DNA from: Octopus vulgaris
Taxonomy: Eukaryota
Length of the DNA: 64,000 bases
Assembly: GCA_951406725.2 (NCBI GenBank)
Contig: OX597834.1
Span: 3,844,001-3,908,000 of the forward strand
Reading direction: 5' to 3'
Shown here: positions 1 to 13,916 of the stretch, one piece after another
Numbering within the stretch: the stretch's first letter is position 1
Layout of the letters: each line of letters begins with the position of its first letter
Notes under the pieces: model-generated
The model's input: the letters and a program-made list of their open reading frames with translations, nothing else
Databases searched by the model: none
What the model was told of the DNA's origin: nothing
Made by a program: the position numbers and the translations under genes

Positions 1-675
1 GGCAGTATGTGGGCACACATGCCGAAGGTCCCTGGCGGAAGATGTGAGCACTGGACATTTGCCTGTCATGGAGTAATGACACAAGTTTTCACTGTTTTAT
101 CCTTTAAACAACCGGAAAAGCAGTGCACATAAGCCTTCAGCGAGATCTCGTTGCTGAAGGGATACGGAAGAAGGAATGCATCTTCAAACTGATTGTCTGG
201 ACAAAACACCTTTAAGAGTGGACACGGCTTATGAAATTCAAGTTGCCGTATGGAGTTTTAAAGCCATGTTTTGTGTTAAATTAAGCAACGAAGTAAGCCG
301 TAGCAGTATTTGAACTCTAGAAAAGATAGAACCGGAACAGTCAACGCAACATCCGGACTCTACGTTCATAAAATTCGGCTGACGTATCGCATAGGATTGG
401 TACTTTCATTATGAACTCCATAGAGAGAGATGCAAACAGGATATGTTAATATAAGCGAGCTATAGAGTAAATTTGGGCGGTCTTTTAATGTGTGCGGTGG
501 AATGAAGGCTGTATGTGCGTGTGCGGGTGTGTATGCGACTGTTTGCGTGTATGTATTTGAATGTGTGTGTTTGAAGGAAATGTTAACCATTTTCCATACT
601 TTCTCGAGGTAAGCAAATAGGAATAAACAATAGGACAAAAGTCGTGTTGCACGGTATAATTAACTGTATGTTTGC

Positions 676-710
<35 letters not shown>

Positions 711-713
<3 letters not shown>

Positions 714-1677
714 CTCTAGTTTCAGCTCAGAGCTGCGGTCATGCTGATGCACCGCCGTTTTGTGCTACACTGTTATTGCGAAGAACCTCGTGTAATATGT
801 GGCACTTGGTGAAGAATGGAGTTTGATATAGCTACTCTCATTTTCACCTCTTGCCGTGAGGTAGGTTCATCTGGGACTTTCGACAGGAAGATGTCCAGCT
901 TTGATTTAAAAACCGCTTCATCTACTTTGTGCAAGTTCCTCAGACTCTTTGGGAGAATATTAAAAAGCTGTGAGCCCTTGAAGCCCAGGCTGTTGCAGAA
1001 GCTGGTCCTGAAGCGTGATGGCATTGCTGGGATCTTTGGCACTATGCAGTGTCGTCCCGTTCTAGCATTGGTGTAGCTTACAATGCCAAAATTTGGCACA
1101 ATTCCTTCCAGGATCTTCCAGACATATATTACTGCATACCTCTCCCGCCTTCTCTCCAGGGAGTAGAGTCTTAGCAGCTTCAACATTTCCCAGTAGCTGA
1201 GCTGTTGCAAAGAGACGATCTTCTTTGTGAATCTTCTCTGGATTGCTTCAAGGTCCGCTGTTAATTTTACACTGGTGGGTGACCATAGCTGTGAGCAGTA
1301 ATCTAGGGGCTGAGGACGAATGTCCGCCAGAAGACCATCATGGTTTCCTTATCTCTGGTTCTGAATGTTCTTAGGATCCACCCAGCCAGTCGTCTGCACT
1401 TTGTCGCCATCCTGGTAATGTGCACTTGGAAAGACGTATCATCACTCATGTCGATACCCAGGTCCCTCACAGACTTAGGCTCTGGGATTGAAATTCCCTG
1501 TGGACCGGTGTGTTCTGTAAGTTTAATATTCAGTTTTGGATGCTGGTAGCGCAGGGCCTGGAATTTTTCAGCATTAAACTGCATATTATTATCCTAAGCC
1601 CATCTGTAGATTGAGTCCAACTGCTGCTGCAGGTGTGCAACATCGCTGGGGTTCTGTATCTTCTGCGAGACTTTCGT
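711..1677 (-). mobile_element. 5'-truncated CR1/L2-group LINE: RT C-terminus plus 3' UTR stem-loop
   Basis: Joined frames read TKVSQKIQNPSDVAHLQQQLDSIYRWA*DNNMQFNAEKF...VRDLGI...LDYCSQLWSP...LEAIQRRFTK...SLERRRERY, with one TAG and a frameshift near 1305. The 3' tail at 711-760 ends at (TA)n. Confidence 0.92.
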
Positions 1678-1681
1678 ATAT

Positions 1682-2047
<366 letters not shown>

Positions 2048-2365
2048 TATATAATAATTTTATATATATTATATATATATATACTAGTTTTATAGAAATT
2101 TCTTTCAAAAGTTCTTTTTTTTTCACACATTAACTTGTGCAAGTTGTACAATACAGAATGTTAGATAATGAAACCTAGCTGCCTCTTTCAATACATACCA
2201 ATCTATGCAAATTAAGGTCGAAATATGTTACAACATATAGAATTTTCTCAATAAAGCCAAGAAAAAATGATGTTTTATAAACACATTCTACCAGTATACG
2301 AAGTTTAAAAGTGGTTAGTTAACTAGAAATTGTGTTGAAAACTGCCGTTCAAAAGGAAAAGATCC

Positions 2366-2746
2366 AATACATACTTGGAAATAAATGTTGTTGATCAAAA
2401 CATGGCATTATTACAATAATTCATTTTTTATTATTACTATTATTATCATTAATTCATAAATTAAGAAATTAAAATTTATTAATAAATATAAAATCATTTA
2501 GTATAATTAAGATAGCATATTTAGAATTAATATTAAATTACGAATATAAATATTATTTAACAGCCAGTAAAAATATTAGATATTAATTTTAGATATGCTA
2601 TCTTAATTATACCAAATGATTATACATTTATAAACAAATTTTAATTTCTGAATTTATTAACTAATGATGATAATAGTAACAATAATAAATGAAAAATTGT
2701 AATAATGCCATATTTTGATCAAAACATTTATTTCCAAGTTCGTATT
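2366..2746. repeat. AT-rich imperfect inverted repeat (foldback/MITE-like), arms ~170 bp
   Basis: ACTTGGAAATAAATGTT...GATAGCATAT is matched by its reverse complement ending ...TTTCCAAGT; spacer ~40 bp. Confidence 0.85.
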
Positions 2747-2973
2747 TCTGGTTTTTTAAATAGATATTTTATTTATAAATATATAAACTTTTACTTGAAT
2801 AGAAAGATTATTTACTTTTCCCCTCTGATAAACTAAATAATTTAGTATATATTATTTGCGTTTTACTGAGTTTTCCATTCTGTTGAATATGTAAATGAGG
2901 ACAATTATCGGTCAGTTGTTTTTAGGTGTTTTTTGGCCGGGGGGGGGGGGGGCGAGAAAGGGTATTTACTATA

Positions 2974-3373
2974 TATTCTTTTCTACTCTAGGGAGAAGGC
3001 CCGAAATTTTGGGAGAGGAGGCCTGTCGATTAGATCGACTCCAGTACGCAACTGGTACTAAATTTATCGACTCTGAAAAGTTGAAAGGCAAAGGCGACCT
3101 CGGCGGAATTTGAACTCAGAACGTAAAGACAGACGAAATACCTATTTATTTATTACCCAGGAGGGGCTAAACATAGAGGAGACAAACAAGGACAGTCAAG
3201 GTATTGAGTCGATTACATCGACCACAGCGCGTAACTGGTACTTAATTTATCGACCCCGAAAAGATGAAGGGCAAAGTCGACGTCGGCGGAATTTGAACTC
3301 AGAACGTAGCGGCAGACGAAATACCGCTAAACATTTCACCTGACGTGCTAACGTTTCTGCCAGCTCACCGCCT
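2974..3373 (-). mobile_element. SINE family B, full-length dimeric form
   Basis: Head GGCGGTGAGCTGGCAGAAACGTTAGC followed by two successive B-box/core units; same layout as 28131-28503. Confidence 0.88.
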
Positions 3374-3958
3374 TAGTAAGTGTAAATGTTGATAACCTAA
3401 TATAAAGTGCATGCATCAACGATGAAGCTTATGTGGCCCAGAAGATGTGCACATGACTCTTTCTTGCATTCCAATCAGCAATCCTGATATCTTCCTTCAA
3501 TCTTTACATTTTGTACATATCACATTCTAGTGTCTGCGTTCTCCTTACACAAAGTAAAAATCTATGAGAATTGCAACACACCAGAAGACAAATAGATAAA
3601 ATGAAAACAACATGAACCGACAGGCCTCGATTCCTTTAACGACAGAATTTATTCTCTACAACACCATCATGACTATTTTCGCATAATAACTAAATATTGT
3701 TCCCCATGTCATTCACACGCAACGAAATTTAAGCTAACATCACAGACTAGCATTGTGACACGTGTTAGTTACCTCCCTTAAAGCTGCTTCATTGAACAGT
3801 ATCCCGAAAGAAATCACTGGTAAAGATCGCGTGGAAATCAAAAAATACCGCAAATAATGTCAAATACCTCAGCAAATAATTCCCTACGTCCTGAAACATG
3901 AATTAATCATACATACATACATATATATATACATATATATGTATATATATATATGTAT

Positions 3959-4012
<54 letters not shown>

Positions 4013-4046
4013 GTGTGTGTGTGCATGTATGTATTATGTATGTATG

Positions 4047-4097
<51 letters not shown>

Positions 4098-4206
4098 ATG
4101 CGCAATAGAATAGGCACAGCAAGAGCACTTACGAGGACGAAAAGTGTCGCTGAGGAGGTCACAGATATGTGACAAAAGATAACCGGTCTATATAGACGAC
4201 TTTTGC

Positions 4207-5965
4207 TGGTCGTTTATATAGATTATAGAGAGGAGCGGGGCCAAGACAGTGCTCTGACGGACACCACTGGTGACTTTTTGGGTCTTCAGTGGATTACATT
4301 GACCACAACATGTTGTATTCTGTTCACCAGGAAATACTCAAACCACTGTAAAAGTTCTCCACGGATTCCAACAATTCTCAATTTTAACAGTAGGATATCA
4401 TGGTTAAATCTGTCGAACGCTTTACTGAAGTCAAGATGTATGACAGCAGAGTTGGAACTTGTTCCCAAGGCTTTAAGTATATCATCGATGTGGTGTAAGA
4501 GCTGTGTTAGACAGACCCTGCCGCAGCGAAATCCATGCTGGCCTGAATTTAGGTGTTTGTGACTCGCCCAGGTAGTCAGCTATCCTTGATCTTACCACCC
4601 TTTCAAACAATTTAATGATATGGGAGGTGAGTGAGATTGGGCGATAGTTGACTGCGGGGGATCTGTTTCCCTGTTTGAAAACCGGGATAACAGACTGGGA
4701 TCGGAGTTGTTTCGGTGTATAACCTGAATCTAAAGAATTTCTCCAGCAGTTGGTCAGAGGGACTGCATGTCAGTGTCTACATTCCTTCAGGAGACGAACG
4801 CGGAATCCATCAGGGTCTACAGCAGAATAGTTTTTGACGTCATTTATTGCTTCTATGATGTCTGAAGCAGTGAAGGTTATGTCCGAGATTTTATGTTGGG
4901 AATCGACTTCGTTTACATCCTTATGTCAATATCAGGGGGATCCCTAGAGAGAGCAGTGTTGTTTCTGCGGTATTTCTGCCATTTCTTTAGCATCGTGTTG
5001 GAGAATGCTGTTATCATCGTTAAATGAATGGATCAATGGGTGAGACAGCTGTTCTATTCTTATTTGCATATGAATAGAACATTTATGGGTTCTCTCTTTA
5101 CTCTTTTACTCTTTTACTTATTTCAGTCATTTGACTGCGGCCATGCTGGAGCACCGCCTTTAGTCGAGCAAATCGACCCCAGGATTTGTAAGACTCCAGG
5201 CTTACGAATTTGTACCTACTAGGCTTCTTTGTAAGCCTAGTACTTATTCTATCGTTTTCTTTTGTCGAACCGCTATGTTACGGGGACGTAAACACACCAG
5301 CATCGGTTGTCAAGCGATGTTGGGGGACAAACACAGACACACATACATATACACAAACATACATACATATATATATATATAAATATATATATACGACGGG
5401 CTTCTTTCAGTTTCCGTTTACCAAATCCACTCACAAGGCTTTGGTCGGCCCGATGCTATAGTAGAAGACACTTGCCCAAGGTGCCACGTAGCAGGACTGA
5501 ACCCGGAACCATGTGGCTGGTAAGCAGGCTACTTACCACACAGCCACTCCTGCGCTTGCTTGATTTTTTCTTTTTTTTTTCTTTTTTTTTTTTTTGATTA
5601 ACCACTGTTCCTCTGCAGCTCCTTCGTTTTCAACGGAGGTTTTTATGTCGGTCTGCAGATGAAGTTTATCTAACTCCAGCCTTTTCATTGTTGTTGAATG
5701 TGGATGTTGTATATGTGAGCATTTTGTTTTATTTTTTCCTCTAGGGAACCGATTTCTGTCAGTTTGTGGATTTCGTAGGAGCGTATTTTGAGCATGTATA
5801 GGTGACAATGTTCTCAAAGTGCTGCCATGTGGTTTCAATGTCAGTGAAACAGAGAGTGATAGTCCAATCGATAGAGGACTAAACCTACCTGATTGCTACC
5901 CAGTCCGATTTGTGGTAGTTTATGCTGTCAAGTAAATGCAGTGGAATGGGATTGACTGGTCTGAT
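4207..5965 (-). mobile_element. Degenerate CR1/L2-group LINE (linker + RT) interrupted by a SINE
   Basis: INYHKSDWVAI (linker, ~5900), NYRPISLTSHIIKLFERVV, QHGFR, LDFSKAFDRFNHDILLLKL, IIYIND; several stops and frameshifts. Confidence 0.85.
5091..5555 (-). mobile_element. SINE family A (tRNA head, CORE-like segment, internal microsatellite, LINE-type tail)
   Basis: A box TGGCTGTGTGG, B box GGTTCAGTCC, CTTGGGCAAGTGTCTT, tail CAGTCAAATGACTG plus (TAAAAGAG)n. Confidence 0.92.
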
Positions 5966-6376
5966 TTTGAAATATCGTATCGTATTATATTATATTATAA
6001 TACATTATGTTATGTTACACTTACTCATACATATTTATGTACATTTTCACTAAACTGCAGCAGTGTTAGTGGTCCGGCTTAACAGGTTTATAGATATTTA
6101 TGCCAAAATCTAAACTTGGGGTCTTTTTTAAAACTTTCTTTTCAGTCATGTATGTATGGTTGTGAGTTTCTATTAACTCAACGCTAGGATATGGGACATG
6201 AGCACAAAAAGACACATGTTAGTGGGTCGGTGAATCAGTAAGGGTTTTAGAGAAATGTCCAAAGATAAACACACATACATAAACAGATATATACATGTAT
6301 ATGTGTATGCATATATGTCTATCTCCCTCTCTCCCTCTTTCTCACACACACTCTCTCTATGTCTGTATATGTATGT

Positions 6377-6409
<33 letters not shown>

Positions 6410-6531
6410 AATTAATAATAATAATATTAGGGAATAAATCCAAACTTACAGGGTAAAATTAGATTTTTGTCTGTATATGTATGTATATATATATGTATGT
6501 ATATATATATAAATATATATATATACATATG

Positions 6532-6575
<44 letters not shown>

Positions 6576-7204
6576 TATTTACACACATACATATATTTAA
6601 ATATAGGTTGATATATATAAATATATACATATATATGCAAACATATATGCAAACACACACGCGTGCGCACACACATACAGACAACCACATATATACATAC
6701 ACACACAGACACACATACATACATATATACGCATAAACACACGTACATACACACGCATGTATACAAGAGGGATTTCAGTAACATTGATCGATTTGAATCT
6801 ATTGACGAAAATAGTTGCGTATCGTGTCACACAAGGAGATTGAACCAGAGACCACGAGGTTAAGAATATATGTATGTGTGTTTAGTTATTTATTTACATA
6901 AATATGTCTATATATATAATATATAGATGTGTGCGTGTGTGCGTGTTTGTGTATCTATATATATGTGACTATATGTAAGAAGAGAGATATCGAGAGGAGA
7001 ATAATAGAGGAAGAGAGAGAGAGAGGGGAAGGGCAGGAAGAAAGAGAGTCGAGCTGCATAGAGAAAACATGAAACATCAAAAATACATTATCAAATAATT
7101 AGGATAGACATTAATTACCACTAACACATTTAATCAGCATATGTGGATACAGTAATTAGACGGAAAGAAAGAATAAGAATTTAAAAAAAATATTGTTTAC
7201 ATAC

Positions 7205-7448
7205 ACAGTGTAAAAATCTGTTTGATTGATGGGATCAATAATATTCCAAAGTAGAAAACTATTACGTTTCCAGTCGGCATTGCTAAAGACTTCTACGTCC
7301 AAAAGAATAACCGCATCTGACAGTTTCGGATTAGCTATGATAGTTTCAACAATCTTATCCGGAAAAAAGGAAACGACACAATAGCTTTGTTTGTTGTCTC
7401 CTTCTAAGAGGAAGAACGGCCATGCCCACTTATTAAGTGATCTCATTA
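7205..7448 (-). other. Candidate host exon, unknown product
   Basis: Unique non-repetitive open frame (..NKWAWPFFLL..DAVILLDVEVF..) bounded by TGTGTTTCAG and GTATGT; no recognised domain. Confidence 0.25.
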
Positions 7449-7563
7449 CTGAAACACAACTCCATAACACAGAAATTGTTTACACACGGATGTACAAATT
7501 CGTTTTTAAGTGTCTCTATGCAGATTTAGAACAGGATCATGTGAGTGAGTGTGTACGTAAATT

Positions 7564-7623
<60 letters not shown>

Positions 7624-7987
7624 TATGTGTGTGTGTGTGTGTGTGTATGTGTGTGTGCGCGCGTGCGTGGTGCGTAAGTACAGTTCCTTAGAAGATCCCA
7701 TGTTTCCCTAACTTAGGTGAGATACTAGTTACGAGTAGATGTTGGAAACTCTCGCAGCCCTTACGTCACTCATCCGGTGGAATAATCAGAAGGAAACATC
7801 TGAACGAGAAGAGTGGATATAAATATATATATGGTGTATATATATATATATATATATATACTTACATACATACATACACACGTATATATGCATGTATACG
7901 TGTCTAACTATCTGTCTCTGTCTCTCACTTTTCTCTCTCTCTCTATCTCTCTATCCATGCACGCGCGCATATGTGCATACATATCTG

Positions 7988-8044
<57 letters not shown>

Positions 8045-8136
8045 CCATGTATATTAACAAAAGTATCTATATATGCATATTTAATTCCACATCCTCGCAT
8101 TGTTTTGTCTTGCTTGTTCAGGTTTGGATTGACTAT

Positions 8137-8198
<62 letters not shown>

Positions 8199-8340
8199 GA
8201 ATAAGATAGAATCAACAACGGGGACGGTTAGACAGTTATTTAATAATCACTATTTTGTAATCCGATACTAACGTAATACACCTGCTATTTCTGAACTTCG
8301 GTGTGTGGTGAAGCAATTCTTTGCTGAAAACTTTTTATTA

Positions 8341-8412
<72 letters not shown>

Positions 8413-8449
8413 CTATGTATATGTATGTATATATATGTATGCATGTATA

Positions 8450-8504
<55 letters not shown>

Positions 8505-8570
8505 CTGGCGAGACGCAATAAAAAGTCAAAAAGAAAACTTCAGTTGTCAGTGATAGTAACTGAGGGTGCA

Positions 8571-8682
8571 ACGACAGTTTTCTTTCAGCTTCCATCTACC
8601 AAATACTCTCGCAACGATTCGGTCGCCCCAGTGATCGAAGACTCTAGAAGTCTCACGCAGAGGGACTGAACTCGAAACCATC
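8571..8682 (-). mobile_element. Degenerate SINE family A 5' part
   Basis: Matches TTTCAGTTTCCGTCTACCAAATCC...GGGACTGAACC of intact copies. Confidence 0.65.
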
Positions 8683-8879
8683 TTGATTAGAAGTGATTCG
8701 TGCACGATTTGCCTCTGTGTTTGTGTGTGTGTGCATGCGTGTGCACACAAAGTCTAAGCTGAAACTCAAACGTGAGTATTGCTCCATGCTTCCCTAATTT
8801 AGGTGATTAATTAGTGTTGATTAGATGCTGGAGACTGTCTAAGCTCTTTCGGCTTTGACACACTGGAATAACAAGAATG

Positions 8880-9075
8880 TAAGAGCTGAAGAGAAAGACT
8901 GATACAGCAGCTGCTTTTCCTTTCCACTGGTTGAAGTGAGCAACCTCAAATGAACTAACTTGGAAGGGGATCAAAAACCGCCCAGGATATAAATCGAAAT
9001 CATCGCCCTATGATGCTGAAACCTGCACACTAAGAATTCGAGCACGCGCCTAGGTTAGGATTCCGAGGACCCAGA
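8880..9075 (+). mobile_element. Highly decayed RTE-like RT C-terminal fragment
   Basis: YDAETCTL resembles the RTE LLYGAETWTL motif. Confidence 0.3.
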
Positions 9076-9301
9076 CTTTGGATAAAAAGAAAAGAAATTT
9101 GCATTTCCATATGATTCGAAGTCATTTGATAAAATTCTATATAAGAATATTTTCAAACAAAATTATATTTGAGCATTTCTTTAATATTAAACGTTATATA
9201 TTGTTGTTCTCTCAAAAAGATATTAGCTACGAGATGTTAGTAAAACTCTATCAGGATATTGTGATGGAGTAAATTTCGCAAACAATAGAAAATAATTTCT
9301 C

Positions 9302-9381
<80 letters not shown>

Positions 9382-9417
9382 TTTATGGCAGTTTAAGAGT
9401 GAAGTGGGAATATTGCG

Positions 9418-9449
<32 letters not shown>

Positions 9450-9479
<30 letters not shown>

Positions 9480-9682
9480 CATACATACATACATACATAC
9501 ATACATACATACATACATACATACATACATACATACATACATACATACATACATACATACATACATACATACATACATACATACATACATACATACATAC
9601 ATACATACATACATACATTTGATACATACATACATACATACATACATACATACATACATACATACATACATACATACATACA

Positions 9683-9718
<36 letters not shown>

Positions 9719-10071
9719 TACATACATACATATTTATACATACATACATACATACATACATACATACATACATACATACATACATACATACATACATACA
9801 TACATACATACATACATACATACATACATAATACATACATACATACATACATACATACATACATACATACATACATACATACATACATACATACATACAT
9901 ACATACATACATACATACATACATACATACATACATACATACATACATACATACATACATACATACATACATACATACATACATACATACATACATACAT
10001 ACATACATACATACATACATACATACATACATACATACATACATACATACATACATACATACATACATACA

Positions 10072-10105
<34 letters not shown>

Positions 10106-10235
10106 CATACATACATACATACATACATACATACATACATACATACATACATACATACATACATACATACATACATACATACATACATACATACATACAT
10201 ACATACATACATACATACATACATACATACATACA

Positions 10236-10269
<34 letters not shown>

Positions 10270-10343
10270 CATACATACATACATACATACATACATACAT
10301 ACATACATACATACGTACATACATACATACATACATACATACA

Positions 10344-10377
<34 letters not shown>

Positions 10378-10517
10378 CATACATACATACATACATACAT
10401 ACATACATACATACATACATACATACATACATACATACATACATACATACATACATACATACATACATACATACATACATACATACATACATACATACAT
10501 ACATACATACATACATA
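9450..10517. repeat. (TACA)n microsatellite, >1 kb, preceded by (CT)n and (CA)n
   Basis: Direct reading; explains the 400-aa YIHT/MYVC ORFs. Confidence 0.98.
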
Positions 10518-10547
10518 CGTACTCACACAAATATACGCACATGCATG

Positions 10548-10940
10548 TTTTTTTTGGGAAGCACTCCGTCGGTTACGACGATGAGGGTTCCGGCTGATCC
10601 GAATCAACGGAACAGCCTGCTCGTGAAATTAACGTGTAAGTGGCTGAGCACTCCACAGACACGTGCACTCTTAACGTAGTTCTCGGGGATATTCAGCGTG
10701 ACACAAAGAGTGACAAGGCCGGCCCCTTGAAAATACAGGTAGAACAGAAACAGGAAGTAAGAGTGAGAGAAAGTTGTGGTGAAAGAGTACAGCAGGGATC
10801 ATCACCATCCCCTGCCGGAGCCTCGTGGAGCTTTTAGGTGTTTTCACTCAATAAACACTCACAACGCCCGGTCTGGGAATCGAAACCGCGATCCTATGAC
10901 CGCGAGTCCGCTGCCCTAACCACTGGGCCATTGCGCCTCC
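10548..10940 (-). mobile_element. SINE family C (tRNA-derived), full length with A-tail
   Basis: GGAGGCGCAATGGCCCAGTGGTTAGGGCAGCGG (A box), GGTTTCGATTCC (B box), ends CGACGGAGTGCTTCCCAAAAAAAA. Confidence 0.9.
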
Positions 10941-10988
10941 AGTGCACATGCATGTATATAACTATTCAGCAGAAGATAATACTCCGTA

Positions 10989-11087
10989 TTAAGTCCCGGG
11001 GTCGAATTGCTCGACTAAAAGGCGGTGCTCCAGCATGGCCGCAGTCAAAATGACTGAAACAAGTAAAAGAGTAAAAGAGTAAAAGAG
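10989..11087 (+). mobile_element. SINE family A 3' tail fragment
   Basis: GGCGGTGCTCCAGCATGGCCGCAGTCAAAATGACTGAAACAAG(TAAAAGAG)3. Confidence 0.85.
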
Positions 11088-11104
11088 TATATATATATGA
11101 GTGT

Positions 11105-11152
<48 letters not shown>

Positions 11153-11208
11153 ATATATTGTGCGTGTGTGTGTATGTATATATTGTGCGTGTGTGTGTAT
11201 GTGTATAC

Positions 11209-11248
<40 letters not shown>

Positions 11249-11550
11249 CTATATACAAATATATTATTGAGATAGTTGTTGAAATCCAAGCTGTGTCCTC
11301 ATGAAGTACATCCGCTTATTTCCAAATCCGTATTTAGCTGTTGTATTTATTTGAGATATGAATCAGAGACGAGACGAAAATACTGGGAAATATTTTCTCT
11401 ACAGTAACAATATCCAAACGGGAGATTGGGAAAATTTGGGGCGTTATTGCTTCACCATTACACGTGTGTCATTTGCTAATATGACTTTACGCTACTTCCC
11501 GCGACTTACGACTGTACTTATGTACGTACTGTAGTACAAGGCATTATACA

Positions 11551-11586
<36 letters not shown>

Positions 11587-11822
11587 TATTTATATATGAG
11601 GATAATATCGATATTTAAGTATCCATATTATCTAGTGGCCAGCATGGGAAAAATACCGTACAAAGGTAATAATTTTTAACAATTAAAAATGAGGGTGTCT
11701 AAGAGACACCAACATGCCGAAATAGCAGTCGAAACTCTGACTATAAAAACCACGTTAAGGGTTCGTGTCGCACCATGAGATAAGACAGATAGACAAAATA
11801 TACAAGCAAAAATTATTGAATA

Positions 11823-11881
11823 ATTCAAGATCCAGGATTTCTGGTTTTGCTTTAAATAAGCTTTACCGTCATCGGTTGAAT
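11823..11881 (-). ncRNA. Type I hammerhead ribozyme motif (U4C variant)
   Basis: AUUCAA-CCGAUGA-cGGU..GCUU..AAGC..ACCa-GAAA-UCCUGGA-UC-UUGAAU. Confidence 0.7.
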
Positions 11882-11936
11882 ATATCAAGAGTACATAAAT
11901 ACAGATATATACATGCAGAACAAACGATATACTGTG

Positions 11937-11973
<37 letters not shown>

Positions 11974-12436
11974 ATACGCGCGTTATGTATATATACGCCC
12001 CCTTCTCAAATCAGGGATACAACATATAGATACACTGCAACACAATTACATTTCTTCAACAGGCCCAGGCTTATTTAACATTGTCTCAAAACTAAAATAA
12101 GGTACGTAATAATCCTTTCCCTTCAGGAGCACACACATACTTCCCCTGCACACGTCTCTGTTTTGTGAATGTAGGTATGAAGTTATGTACTTATACAGTT
12201 TTGTGCGGGTGTGCTTGTATATACACACACAACACACACATGTAGTTATACATTTACATACATATATACATTCATACATACTTGCATGGATATGTATTTA
12301 TGTGTTTATGTATGTATACAAACATACCCACACACATACACACATATATATATTATATATATTTATTTGTACCTGCTTGTATACATATACATATATTATA
12401 TAGAAATTTTTTCATACCTGCTTGTATATATATAGA

Positions 12437-12483
<47 letters not shown>

Positions 12484-12484
12484 T

Positions 12485-12514
<30 letters not shown>

Positions 12515-12519
<5 letters not shown>

Positions 12520-12847
12520 TCCCCTTCGGTCATGACTGACTGTGGGATTGCACCTAGAATGTTACCCTCCCAGGCACAAGTCGGGGCAAGTTTGTTTAGG
12601 GAAGACCAGCAGTCGTCCATTCGTTCCGGCTTCCCCTCTCCACGCCACCAGTGTTATCCAAGGGAAAAGCAAAAGCCGATACAGCTTGGCATCTGTGACG
12701 TCGCAACTCATTTCTACAGCTGAGTGAACTGGAGCAACGTGAAATAAAGTGTCTTGCTCAAGAACACAATACGCAACCCGGTCCGGAATTTAAAGTCACA
12801 AACTCTCGATCGTAAGCTCGACACTGTAACCACTGAGCCATGTGCCT

Positions 12848-12851
<4 letters not shown>
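12515..12851 (-). mobile_element. SINE family D (tRNA-derived)
   Basis: Head GAAGGCACATGGCTCAGTGGTT, central TTCTTGAGCAAGACACTT; partial copies at 13606-13728 and ~17826-18010. Confidence 0.8.
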
Positions 12852-12942
<91 letters not shown>

Positions 12943-12962
12943 ATTTCATTATATATTATATA

Positions 12963-13468
12963 CTAGCAGTATCGCCCGGCGTTGCTCGGGTTTGTAAGGG
13001 AAATAACTATATAAGCATTTTTAGAGAGTTACTTCCCTTATAAATTCGGGCTTTCTTAGCCATTTTTGTTTTGGTGTCTTCAAGCCATGAAGTCGTTGTT
13101 CTAAAAGAACGCTGGTTTCCTTCACAACGCATTACGACGTTGATTTCTTTACACTCCCTTCCCCACAGCTTCACGAGGGAGGGAAGGGGGAGAAGCAAAC
13201 AGGTGCAGCTGTGAGCGTGGACGCCAACTCCGCCGCCATCGACATACGATGCATTTTATGCATTAAAATGGAATAAAAAATTATGTTAAATTATTTTTAA
13301 AATCGTAGACTCATCGTTGACGCGCGCTAATAGTCAGACGGGCTCGATATGAATCACGACTATAAGATACCCGAATTTGGTTAAACTGCACCGCAAAATG
13401 TGGGAGGAGTTAGGAATCTAAATCGAAGGGGACAGACACTCACACAACTAGAGTTTTATATATATAGA
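12963..13468 (-). mobile_element. Non-autonomous Helitron
   Basis: 5' TC, 3' hairpin CCCGAGCAACGCCGGG then CTAG, inserted between A and T with no TSD. Confidence 0.9.
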
Positions 13469-13740
13469 TATACATATTTATACCTGCTAGCATATATATA
13501 TATATATATACACGCACATTTATATACACTTACTAATAATCCAACAACCGACAACGAAATTAAGATTCACTTCCAAATCTAAATATATCAAAATCAATCA
13601 ACTTTAGTTGAACCGGAGCAAAGTGAAATAAAGTGTCTTGCTCAAGAACACAATACGCAGCCCGGTCCGGTGTTCGAAGTCACAACCTCACGATCGCAAG
13701 CTCGACACTCTAACCACTGAGCCTTCACTATATATATATA

Positions 13741-13841
13741 GTGGCATCTTGGTCAAGTGTCTTCTGCATAGCCCCGGGCCGACCAATGCATTGTGAGTGG
13801 ATTAGGTAGACGGAAACTGAAAGAAGCCTGTCGTATATATG

Positions 13842-13916
<75 letters not shown>

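Noticed and set aside
134-160. Hairpin CCTTCAG..CGAGATCTCG..CTGAAGG
   Set aside because: Single short hairpin with no second copy or context.
7690-7800. Minus-strand CUGAUUA...GAAA hammerhead-like words
   Set aside because: Core mutated and stems I-III do not pair.
9223-10679. 400+ aa ORFs (also 35837-36669, 45713-50587, 57753-58941)
   Set aside because: Translations of (TA)n, (CA)n and (TACA)n, which lack stop codons.
10860-10940. tRNA gene
   Set aside because: The A/B boxes are SINE heads that continue into SINE bodies.
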